Part shown: in pieces, positions 13,685 to 25,354 of the stretch
Numbering within the stretch: the first letter of the stretch is position 1
How the letters are laid out: every line of letters begins with the position of its first letter
Assembly (NCBI GenBank): GCA_000320545.1
Contig: ADNK01002859.1
Span: 1-41,741, forward strand
DNA: 41,741 nt
DNA from: Bigelowiella natans CCMP2755
Taxonomy: Eukaryota > Protista > Cercozoa
Direction of reading: 5' to 3'
The notes under the pieces: generated by a model
Databases searched by the model: none
What the model saw: only the letters and a program-made list of their open reading frames with translations
Told to the model about the DNA's origin: nothing
Position numbers and translations under genes: made by a program

Positions 13685-14377
13685 ATCTTCATCATCCTCT
13701 TTTATTCTAATCCCCCTCCCTCCTCCCTATTTTCTATCAATCGTATTTATATCGTATCTACTAACACTGTGACGACGACGACATAAAGGCGGTGCAATGG
13801 CAGATCTTCCATCTCTTGTCGATGGATTTAGCACGAAGCTAGATGCAAGTATCGTATTCTGTGATGAGGACAATATCAATACTGACGGTGGGAATAAAAC
13901 AAAAGCAATTAAGGAGTTTTTAAAGAATAGAAAAAGCTCTTATTAGACTTGCAACAACATATAGCATGATTATAATGATGGAGGTATTGTATGCATATAT
14001 TCTGCACCCTGACGATGAACAATCTTCTTTGTTTGTTTCAGGTATCTATGCGGGAAAATATACATATCAAGACGGAATGACTCCCGAGCAAATGGTTAGT
14101 ATGTAATGTGGGTGTTAAAAGATTATGCATAGAACTCAACAGAAATAATGCTGATGTGGTGTTAAAAGATTATGCATAGAACTCAACAAAAATAATGCTG
14201 ATGTGGCAAGATTATGCATAGAACTCGACAGAAATAATGCTGATGTGGCCTTACTACTGCTACTGCTAGTAGTTGTACTACTACTACTACTACTACTATG
14301 TCCACCACCCACCACCGCAGCTATTAAAATTACAATCATAATTAGTAAACAAACACGTGCACACCTACACACACACA

Positions 14378-14409
<32 letters not shown>

Positions 14410-15677
14410 TATACATATGAAATCATTTTCATAGTTGATGGCTATTCCTTATGAATATTAATTATAATAGGGTGAGGTGGCAATGGATAATTATGATCCT
14501 CGCTTTAATCAGGAGTACAAGAATGGTAGTAAATAGCCCTCTAACATTTGTGTATGTAGTATATAATAATGTTTGTGAAATTATTAATTTCCTTATCATC
14601 ATTTACAACATTAATGAATTGTATCTACAGGTGACATTCTCGTGGCTGGATTCAACTTTGGAACAGGGTTAGTAGTAGTAGTAGTAGTAGTAGTTGTTGT
14701 TGTAGTAGCAGTAGCAGTAGTAGTATCACCACCTGAATTGTGAGAAGAGAAATTCCCACAGCAACAGCAACAGCATAGCGTCGGCCATACCTTTTGTCCA
14801 ACAATAATGAAATACCTAGTATCATTATGTGTTTGTTGCTCCGTAGTCATTGTGGTCATTATTATCATAAACCACCGTCATCAACTTGTAGGAGCTCGCG
14901 CGAACAAGCGGCAACGTGTTTGAAGGTAAATTTTGAAATGGGGAATGATCAATGTATTATTCAGATGATTTCTAGAAACAATCCATCATCTAATATTAGT
15001 GCTCAGTTGATAAGGCAAATTGGTCACATTTACATATTTGTCCGTTCCAGTTATGATAGTTCTTATTCAATCATCCTCCATAGGCTCCTGTGTTCATATT
15101 ATATGTATAGCTTGAAATTATTTTCTCATCATTTCCAATGAATATCTACATTTGTAGTACCTTTTTGATCAAGATATATGTGATGCATGCCTATTAATTA
15201 TGCGTAAAACACAAACGATATTGCCACTACCAGGAGAAAGGCATTCCTCTTGTGATAGCGGGCTCTTTCAGTGCGACTTACGTTCGAAATGCATTCAATA
15301 ACGGGTGAAATAAGAAATGACCATAAAGATGGACAGCTACCAACTAAAACCTTGCTTTATAGTTACCTGTGCCTTGAATGCCCTGGGTTTGTGCAAAAGA
15401 TGCGTGAAATGAGACTTGGAGATGGAAAGCTCACTTCGAGGTATACACAGTAGTAGTAAAAAGTTATAACAATGAATGCATGCTGTCCGTTGTATCATAC
15501 TTTGTGGTGATTACGAATAGGCCTGAAGTTAATGCATCCATCGACTTCGCACGATGGGTCCTTGTTGCTGAAATAAGCGGTGAAGTGTTTACTTTTGAGA
15601 TTGCTCCTGTTGGTCAAGCTGCTCAAGAACTCGTTGTTTCTGGAGGTCTAGAAGCATGGGTCAAGTCTCAAATGTAA
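6480..15677 (+). CDS. LYS4: Homoaconitase (homoaconitate hydratase, alpha-aminoadipate lysine pathway), about 32 exons
   Basis: Phase-consistent splicing gives MNLVEKLV...[14 protein letters not shown]|[81 protein letters not shown] (the three 4Fe-4S Cys), [50 protein letters not shown]. Confidence 0.95.
8490..8663. repeat. Intronic 41-bp minisatellite x4
   Basis: AATAGGGGAGAAGGGATGATGGCTTACGATAGTTCTTCTAGGC repeated. Confidence 0.92.
10513..10610. repeat. Intronic tandem duplication of about 46 bp x2
   Basis: GTACTAATAATAATCCCAACAACACGAAGAAGTATCGTTCTATTTT occurs twice. Confidence 0.88.
14106..14248. repeat. Intronic minisatellite of about 40-47 bp x3
   Basis: AAGATTATGCATAGAACTCRACARAAATAATGCTGATGTGG occurs three times. 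Confidence 0.88.
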
Positions 15678-15799
15678 TGTGACGAGAGTGATTTCAAACT
15701 ACGATGTGGGTGCAATAGTTGCATTTGCTAAATTGAGTTCTTCAGTTAAGTAGCTTGTCAAAAACAGATGAAATGGTGGATTGCATCACAAACGCGTAG

Positions 15800-16740
15800 A
15801 TGCATGCGTTGCATGAATTTCTAGATGTCACCACAGATGCACATGATTCATTGTTGGAGAAGCTCGCCATTTGCGAACTTGTTCTTGCATCTTGTCATGT
15901 TGCGGTGATGGAATTTGGACACTGGCTGCAATCTAGCAATGTGACAACGATTGTCGCAGCACGTTCTGAGACGCTGCTGCACGGTTTGAGTGCTGCATGT
16001 CTGAATGTGTGCAGCTTCACACGTTGCAGTTGTCTTGTGCTCCACAGACGGCTAGACGGCTTTCCTCTTGAAACGAACGACACGATTGTGGAACGGGCTA
16101 GCGGGGCAGCAAGCGTCGCGCCCTCGGTTTGTGCACGTCTAGACGTGCTCACCGATCGCGAGCTGTGGGAGTTGGCGTGCTGTTGTTGTTGTTGATTGAC
16201 TCAACTTGATCCCACGCAAGCCAGCAGGCCAGCTAGCAGGCATTGTGCGTGGTGCGACGGGTGTTGAAACCATCAGCGTGCAGACCTTGTCGGCCACAGC
16301 CGGCTAGCCGGGCTGTTGTGCTTGCTGGCATGACCTGCTCGTCTTCAGTGCAAGCTGCGTGCTTCGGAACGTGCTGGCCTGCTAGCCTGTGGCGTGGGCG
16401 ACGCCGTTCAGTCAGCGCAGTCAGCGTGGCAACGCAATGCAATGTTGGGCACAGAATGAAGATTTGCCACCAAAACGTGAGGAGAAATGTCATGCGTCCC
16501 CGCCCTTGTGCACCGTAATGTTTCCCCGGACATGAAAACCGGGAGTGCTCGAGAGTACCCGCTTGTACCGGGCACTCACAAACGACCTCAAAACCCGAAC
16601 CCAAATGGCAGCTTCCTCCAGGCTACTCATTGACTGCCTTTCTTGTTGATCGATGGAGCAAGGTCGTCCCTCTCCACTTTCAATTATTCCCCATTGCAGC
16701 AAACGATCGATGTGGCGAACAGCACCTCGTGGGATCAGAA
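15800..16740. other. GC-richer, TpA-depleted block, possibly a decayed repeat or mobile-element relic
   Basis: In 15800-16514 I count 8 TA dinucleotides, all inside CTAG. No recognisable protein domain or terminal repeats. Confidence 0.75.
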
Positions 16741-16752
16741 ACCTAACCATTT

Positions 16753-18231
16753 ATGTCTGCAAACCAAGTGAATGATAACCCGTCCAATCTACTGCGCTAT
16801 GGGATCATGGGAAATGTTACTGAGGTACTCTTCTAGTCAACCATACGATTTACTAAATTACTGAGAATTCTACTACTAAAACTAGAAATAACTTTGAGGT
16901 ATCCATCATTGACAAGAAATTCAAACCTAACCCAACATGAATGGCATACCTATTGGCAATGAAAGTCATACCTTTATTGCAATATCATGTTGAATAATTA
17001 TATCTGTATTTGCTACTAGGTACCTCTCAACTTCGAAATGAAGTTCATTGTAAGTGCGGACAAAGGAATAAACAAAGCAATGCATATGTGGGGGGAAAAG
17101 CTGCTCAAATATTATGGAAAGTCACGAGCTGCTCTTGAACAAGATCTGACAATAAATTACCTGGGCTATGCCACAGGTAAGTAGAAAATACTAAACCTAA
17201 CCCAACATAAATGGCATACCTATTGGCAATGAAAGTCATACCTTTATTGCAATATCATGTTGAATAATTATATCTGTATTTGCTATCGGTGATGTTATGT
17301 GGGTCAGCAACTGATTGAAAGGAAGTTAAGTATTAATAGGTATTATTAGTAGTAACCCGGACAGAGATACAGAGATACATAATATATAGTGCTGGGTGTA
17401 TGTTTGAGCTTCAGCATCATCATCATCATCATCATCATCATCACCATTGTACTCATTGTTGTCGTCGTCGTCCTTCTCCCCCCCTCACTCCCATTGTCAG
17501 ACAACGGAGCTTGGTACTATTACAACACAGAGGGTAACAAGAGCTACGAAGAAACCTTGATCGAAGTCAGAAAACAGCACACAGACAAAATGAAAATACC
17601 GTACCGATTCTTGCAGATTGATTCTTGGTGGTACTACCAAGATGGAAAGAGTTGGGGAACACATGGAATAAAGAATTGGACAGCAAAACCGGATTTATTT
17701 CCACATGGATTAGATTATGTGTACAACCACACTAATTGGCCATATGTTGCACATAACCGGTTTTGGAGCAATAACACTGACTATGCCCAGCAAAACGGAG
17801 GTGATTTTAAGTTTTGCATGGATGACAAAAAGAGCTTTCCTTTGGAGCAAAGTTTCTGGGATTTCTTATTCGATTATGGCAAATCCTGGGGACTCTACGT
17901 GTATGAGCAGGATTGGTTAATCGGTGAAGATGATATGAATCACTGCACACTTAGCTCTGCCACAAGCGCTCGGACTTGGTTGCTGCAAATGGGAAGATCA
18001 GCTCATAAAATTGGTGTGTACATTCAGTACTGTATGGAGTCCTCGAGGTTCGTGCTGCAATCTGTGGAAATACCACAGGTCTCACAAGCAAGGGCATCTG
18101 AAGACTATAAACCCGGCAGTGACCAATGGAGAATTGGAATTACCTCCATTTTTGGTGATGCGCTTGCACTTGCACCCCTTAAGGATAACTTTTGGTCAAA
18201 TAGCTCTGAAATAGGCCGATACGGAACACAG

Positions 18232-18267
<36 letters not shown>

Positions 18268-19772
18268 CGTGCTTCCGCACTAAGTGTAGTGATGTAAAAA
18301 CATTTCCTAGAGTTTAAGGGTTAACGAGCAATTGTTTGTCGCATCTGCTCACTTATCTAAAAGGAGGAGAGGAGGGTGGACAAATGGATGCTTTCTGCGC
18401 CCTTCTAACCAATTATACATTTACTTCGTTTCCCCATTCTACTCCTCTTTTTTTACCTTTTCAAGACATCTCCCCTGCTATCCCTAGTCTGGATTCTTGC
18501 AATCATTCCTGGTTTTTAGTGGTTGTATTGTCATTGTCTGTGTTTTTTGTATGTGTCATCAGGTTGAAGAGTATCCTGATTTACAAGCAGCAGTAAGCAC
18601 GTTAAGCACAGCAAGCGTTCTCCCTAGTGACTCCATGTTCTCTCCAAATGTGTCACTCATCCTAAAATCTGTAAGAGCTGATGGAATGCTTCTTAAACCC
18701 GATTCACCAGCAAAGATGACGGACAAAGCCATCATTTCCCAGCTGCGGCCGCAATCATCGTCATTATCAGTCACCACTCCGGCTATAATTGGTGATCTAT
18801 GGATATCCCATTCCTATGTGTCAGGGTAACATTTAATCATGTTCATGCTTTTCCTATTTCAGCATAAATAAGGACGTTGCCCCCCCCACCCTCCTTCCAC
18901 TTCCTCTCTTACACATATGTATACACACGCATACGCAACAGATCAACTTCGTATGAAGAATGTTCGTCTTTTCTTAAAATTTTGTTGGCGTTTCAGGTTG
19001 GTATTTCCGCAAGTGTTTGCTGCGGAATCATCGGCATATTCTCTCGGATTAGAAGAGATAGTAGAGAGTTGCAGTGTAGAGTTAAATTTGGAGGAGGAGG
19101 AGGAGGAGGACAAAAATGATGGTGATACTGCTAAAGAAGAGAGGTGTCTTCCATCGATGTTTTCTTCATCGTCATTCTCTTCCTTGTATCTTGCCGTGAA
19201 TACGGCCTCACCCCATCCTCTCAAGACGCTAACATATGTATCCTCATCATCGTTTTCATCGTTGATCGGGGATAGAACTCAGCAGCAGCAGCCACCTTCT
19301 CTCATGCTAAATCTACCAAAAACAACCAAGGTAAATGGTGATTCACGATAATATTTTGATGACGGTTGGTGGTTTAGTGGCTATATTGGTGATAGTTGTT
19401 GGTAGTGGTGGACAGTTAGGACGGCCTTCACACTTTATCAGCTTAACAACGACTACCACTACTACTACTACTACTTCTACTATTTGGTGGGCAAAGAAGA
19501 AGAAATATTGTCATGAAAAGACTGATAAAAGGTTTTTTGATCGATCAATCGATCGATTAATTGCGTTAGATAAGAATCAATTAGTAGTAGCTGCTCTATA
19601 TCGTTGCAACGACCGTATTATAATTAGACACTACTACTACTACAATAGGCTAGCTTTGAAGTTTGGAGTTTAAGTCCTGTATTGAGAAATGGATGGTCAT
19701 TGCTGGGTGATGTATCGAAATGGGTACCCGTGGCCTCCAAGCGTTTCCAGCAGGTACCGAGATAATGATGAC

Positions 19773-19803
<31 letters not shown>

Positions 19804-20194
19804 TTCTCTCTAATGAGATGAAACCAAGATATGGTTGATACTTTAATCTTTTCCTCAATTCAAAAAAGTACTAGGTTGATTTGAAGTCAATTTTGTATGA
19901 AAATAGAGGATGACAGACTAGACTGTCGTTTTTGCTTTCCATCATCAGATTGAGGAAATCGGCAGGGGTAATAGAGGCGAGATAACCAACAACAACATAT
20001 CTGGTATGGCTAGTCAACTATCAGCAACGATTTTAGGATCTCCAGGAGAAACTGTAACAGTATATGCAGCTTACCTAAAAAATAGACAGGACGTTGAAAG
20101 CCTAGAATCATCACTTATTCTGTTCAGCGCTACGTGTGTGCTCCCAGAAAGTGGATCCTCTCGAGTCACTTTTCCTCAAAAGACATGCCTATAA
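16753..20194 (+). CDS. Uncharacterised glycoside-hydrolase-like protein (clan GH-D-like TIM barrel by motif resemblance), 7 exons, apparently 5'-truncated
   Basis: Exons at about 16753-16824, 17020-17176, 17501-18231, 18563-18825, 18997-19330, 19649-19753 and 19949-20194 splice in phase: YGIMGNVTE, YLGYATDNGAWYYY, LQIDSWWY, AHNRFWS, YEQDWL, IQYCM, QARASEDY, APLKDNFWS, NGWSLLGDVSKWVPVA. An in-frame TAA lies just before PFMSANQ. Confidence 0.75.
16923..17285 (+). repeat. 93-bp direct repeat in two adjacent introns (16923-17015 and 17193-17285)
   Basis: AAACCTAACCCAACATRAATGGCATACC...TATTTGCTA. I see one mismatch. Confidence 0.93.
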
Positions 20195-20439
20195 ATCTAA
20201 CAATCGTTATTAGGTGCAATGTGTAACGCGCCTGTATTATTGTGATTATAGCTTAACGATGATTTATGTAGAGTATCAACAATTGTGGTAAATTAAAGGG
20301 ACTGTGGTCAATGGTAGATGAAGCGTACGCACGTCTGTTCACCGTGCCGCTGTGACTATGTGTAATGAAAGTCTGGAGTATTCTTATCACAACGTGCATC
20401 ATCATCGCTTAGGATGGTCGTTCTTGCTCTCTAACACAT

Positions 20440-21280
20440 GCGCATCTATAGATCTATAGATGGACATGCAGCTCATGAAACAAGCATGCACATAAATTGG
20501 CAATAGCTAGGTAGATTTGGCTTAGCGCCATCAATTGTGATTTCGAGTAGTAGGCTTGTCATGTGGCACTGCTAGCTAGCTTGCTCATCTACATGCACTA
20601 GCAAAAGCTGCATGCACCAGCACAGTTGCTTACCACGCTCTAGCGTATAGCTAGCTTGCTAGACGCTACAATAGCTAGCTCTAGAGCTAGTGTAGCATGT
20701 TGGCACGTACGTCGAAAACTAACAATCGTATCTAGATGTGGCAATCTAGCAATGAGCAGCACATCTAGCTAGCTAGATCTAGAGGTGTGTGTGGTCTAGA
20801 CTATCAACATCGCGCGCATCGCGCATGCGCACACTGTGACACATACACGGCTAATAAGTAGCTAGCCCATGCAGCACCAAAGCAGTTAGCGTAAGCTACC
20901 TAGTAACGCCGCATCTCTAGATCACGCTAACTAGCTAGCTAGAGCCACAGCTACGTAGCGTTTGCCCTTGACATCTAAACATGCTCACCTAACGACTACC
21001 AGACTGCTAGTAGTCATATACTAGCTAGCCAGTGCAGTTGAATGGTGGGAGGCCATCGCGCGTGCTCGCTAGCTCTAGAGCTAGCTATAGCGTGCACATC
21101 GCTAGATCGTCACCAGATCACCCAGCTAGCCAGACAGCTAGACAGCTCTAGAGCTCTAGAGCTAGACTAGTAGACAGTGTGGACGCTTATTCGACACCGC
21201 CTCATGATCTGCAAGAAATGCGTATGCGGGCGCGAGCAACTACACGCTAAACCGAGCTCATCAATGCTTACTAGATTCGA
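20440..21280. repeat. CTAG/AGCT-rich low-complexity spacer between convergent genes
   Basis: Roughly 35 CTAG tetramers by hand count, many as GCTAGCTAGC, TCTAGA or AGCTCTAGAGCT. Confidence 0.88.
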
Positions 21281-21433
21281 TCATTCAGAAGATTCAATTG
21301 AAGGATTTCATGGATATTTCTACTACTACTACTACTACCTAGTACTTCTCTCTTATACCAGATACTTCGACATAAACATCGCCTTTTCCCGTCACCTCTC
21401 GCAATAAAATACAACAGCAACTTTAATCTTAGC

Positions 21434-22425
21434 CTAGAACGGCAAGTTCAATTGGTTAAGAACTTTTGGCGGGAAAATCTCATGTAGTTTCACTCCAGCT
21501 TCTGAAAAATGATTAAAACAATATTAAAAAACATTCTGCAAGTGGATTAATTATTATGAGAATATTTGAAACATTTTAGAGTGCATACTTTTTATAAATG
21601 AATTGTTTTTGTCATGACTGGTTAGGGCATTTCATCAGTAATAATACGCCTTTTATAGGACTCCATTGTTGTGATTGTCTATGCCATTTTACCACTGATT
21701 TGTCCATAACACTGCATGCCCATTTCTCACTACAAACTCAACTATTAATTCTTCCCAAACACCTTGTATTTCTTGTTCTGTCCAATCAAAAAGCACCTTT
21801 TCCATGTGATCAGTATTCCCCGGCAACTGTATTATATATATTAATATATTATGGTTATCAGAACGTCCTTGAGATAACATATCAATAGCGTTAACGTAGA
21901 AGGTATATTTGTTGATTCTCGCCGTTTTCCTCATGAGCAAGTACATAAACCTCCTCTTTATCCTCCTCCTCCTCTTCCTCCTCCTCCCTCCATTACTACC
22001 TCGTCATAATGCCTTAATGCATCAAAGAACTCATGTGCTAATCCATGCATTGGCCGAATCCGTTGTGCAGGATCATATTCGAGTAGTCTCCTTAACAATG
22101 CAATGGCCTCAGTAGAAGCTTTGCCTCGAAACACCTAACAGCAAATGATATTGATAATAATTAGTAGTAGTAGTAGAAGTAGTAGTAACCTATTATATTC
22201 TTCTACTATACTAATGACCGCTTAAATGCCGAAAATTGTTGTTGTATAGAAGTAGGAATGAATCAATATACCGAAGCCCAAGGCAAAGCTCTCACAGTAG
22301 GCAAATAGCCGTTGAAGTTGGGGCTGAGGCACCTCAACTCCTGCCTCGTAGGAGTTCCAAGAGTCTTGACAACGGCCATCAATTGACTGAAGAAGAAGAA
22401 GAAAAAGAAGATGGTGATGATAAAG

Positions 22426-22472
<47 letters not shown>

Positions 22473-24112
22473 TGTGTGTGTGTTTGTGTGTGCATATATT
22501 ATCATTCCACTGCAAGTAGTACAATGCTTAATACACGCACGCACACATACATACACATACACATACACAAACACACAAACACACACATCATACCCCGTGT
22601 TTGAGTCTCCCATGAAAAGAGGATGATGCATAAACGTTTCAGCTATAACACATGCAGCACTCCATATATCCACAGAAGTTGCGTACCTAGAATAATAATA
22701 ATAATTATAATAATAATAATAATAAGGAGAGGTATATAATTAATGCTAATAATCTATATATGTGAATGTAAATGAGAAAGAGGGAAAATGATCTTATTAA
22801 CAAAAGGAGAGATATATCATGTACTAACAACATGCTAATAGATTTTGACTTGGTATTTCCCAGCAGCAATTCTGGTGCACGATAAAACCTGAAAATGACG
22901 ATGATGATAATGATCATAATAACCATAATATATTGCAGGTGTTGTCTTCCTTTTCTCCTAGGTTCAACGGATGATGATGTAACCCATACTACTACTACTA
23001 CTACTACTACTAGTTGTTCTTACTTACTACCGTGAGCATATGTATGCCAAGTGCGACTCGCCTTCTTCAAGTTCCTGATTTTATGCATGATCATGTGTTA
23101 GTTTGGTAATAGCAGCAGTTTGACACTTGTGAAAAAGAAGAACGAGTAGAAGAAGAAGATGAAGTTTCTTCTTAGAAATACGACGATGATGCTGCACAAA
23201 CATGCACATATTGCGTGCTTCGTCGTCGTCGTTTTCTTCTTCTTCTTCTTCTTCTTCTAATACTAGTAGTCCCCGATTTTGAGCCGTAATGATGATGACG
23301 ATGATGACGATGACAACGACGATGATGATAGTGGTTTCATAGCCCATGATGATGATAGCCCAGTAGGTTTTTCCAAATGTATACATGCCAATTTAGGTAG
23401 TAGTAGATAAATAAACTTACTACCTTTGCACTACCAAAGTCAGCTAATTTAAGCACGTACCGTGGGGCATCAACTAACACATTCTAGGTAGTAGTAGTAG
23501 TAGTAGTAGTAGTAGTTGTCACTGGTATTAGTACTTTTATTGATAATAATATTCATATTATTACCAGCATGATTATCGTCTTCTTCTTCTTCTTCATCAT
23601 CATCATCATCATCGTGTCAATACTTTCAGACGTTATGTGCAACAACACAATATACATAATATCACTTGCGGTTTGATGTCTCTATGGCATATCCCCAAAG
23701 AATGAATGTGCCTGATGAGGATGATATTCGATGTTGATCGTAGTATCAGTAATGATAATAATAATAATAATAATAAAAATAATAATAATAATAATAGAAT
23801 ACTGGAATAATCATTGGAAACAACAAGAGCCATATAGCAATCATCATATCATGGATTTCGAAGATACTCTTCCTCCTAGCAATGAGAAAACTAACTATTT
23901 AGGCTACACTGCTTTTCTTCTACTAAGAAGCTGGTCAAATGCATAAATACAATCTGAATAATAATAGCTTTGGCTGCTGTTGCTTGTCATCATCATCATC
24001 ATCATCATCAACAACAACATCATCATAGTAATTAAGTATTGAGTAACTTGTCATCATCATCATCATCATCATCATAGTAATTAAGTATGGAGTAACTACT
24101 ACTACTACTACT

Positions 24113-24147
<35 letters not shown>

Positions 24148-24166
24148 AGTAATCACGTATGGAGTA

Positions 24167-24201
<35 letters not shown>

Positions 24202-24773
24202 CACTACCATATGGATCTCAAAAGCTGGAATGCGTAAATTTTAACTTCTGTCCACTGATGATTGATACATCATAAAAACATTCACTTCTGTCCACTGATG
24301 ATTAATATCATCATAATAACAGCACTTAATGAGTTATGTTTATGATGATTATGATGATGACTGGTGTAGTAGCGACGAATGATGACAACTCTTTAATAAC
24401 AACATAATAACAATGATAATAACATAATATATAAATAGCTCTCCTCTTGTGGTACATAATATTCATCATTTATCTAAGAAGTAGGAGACATTACGGGGTA
24501 TAGACACTCACAACGAACGCAGACTACTACCCCCCCCTCTTCTTCTTCTTCTTCTTATCTACGATTTGGTGTAATTGTGTAGAGCATTGCTACCGAGAGA
24601 CGTTGCTTGGCTCTACCCACTCTCTGAGTAAGACTATTCCACAACAACAAGAACAACAACCATCATATATCATGATAAGTAGTCGCACTGTATTATTGCT
24701 ACACAATAGTGATGCTGAAGGATGGTATGTTAGTCATCATCATATATGTACCTGCAAGTGCTATTGCTATCAT

Positions 24774-24816
<43 letters not shown>

Positions 24817-25318
24817 GTCCAATATATCATATTTGTATCATTTTGACTGCACCTACTTGATAAACGACAAACGAAAGGCTAGATAGCGTGTGATTACTAC
24901 TACTACTACTACTGCTACTACTACTACTAATTATTATTAGTATTATGAACAATAACAATGATAACAACAATAGCACTGCTAGTACCTATATAACGTATCT
25001 GGCATGAAACCCATTACGATGTTCAGCCATTGCTACCAGTTAGTAGCAGCAGCAGTATAGTACAATCACATATCATTTATTTATTTCATGGAGAGATAGA
25101 TAGTATTTTCAATGAATCAAATGATATGGATTCTTCTTCTCTCCTATGTTCATAAATGGTAGTGGGTAGTCATCAGTCTTTTATATTTATTTTATATATA
25201 ATAAGTAGGAGTAGTACCTCTCCAGGCTTGTTTTTGACTGGCGTGTAGAAGAAGCTAATTAATCTGTGGTTAATCAAATCATAAGATAAACTGAATACAC
25301 AATGAATCTATCGATGAC

Positions 25319-25354
<36 letters not shown>

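Noticed and set aside
6480-15677. Aconitase or isopropylmalate isomerase (LEU1) assignment
   Set aside because: [18 protein letters not shown] and GIYAGKYTY motifs match homoaconitase.
15800-16514. CpG methylation decay or classical RIP as the cause of TG/CA excess
   Set aside because: CpG is abundant and TpA is lost rather than gained, the opposite of both processes.
15800-16750. Multiple overlapping ORFs as a possible mobile-element gene
   Set aside because: They are Tyr-poor or Tyr-free, open on both strands and lack transposase or RT motifs. TA depletion explains them.
21997-22015. Possible GC donor after FFDALR in GSK3
   Set aside because: The frame continues to HYDE followed by a canonical GT in the correct phase.
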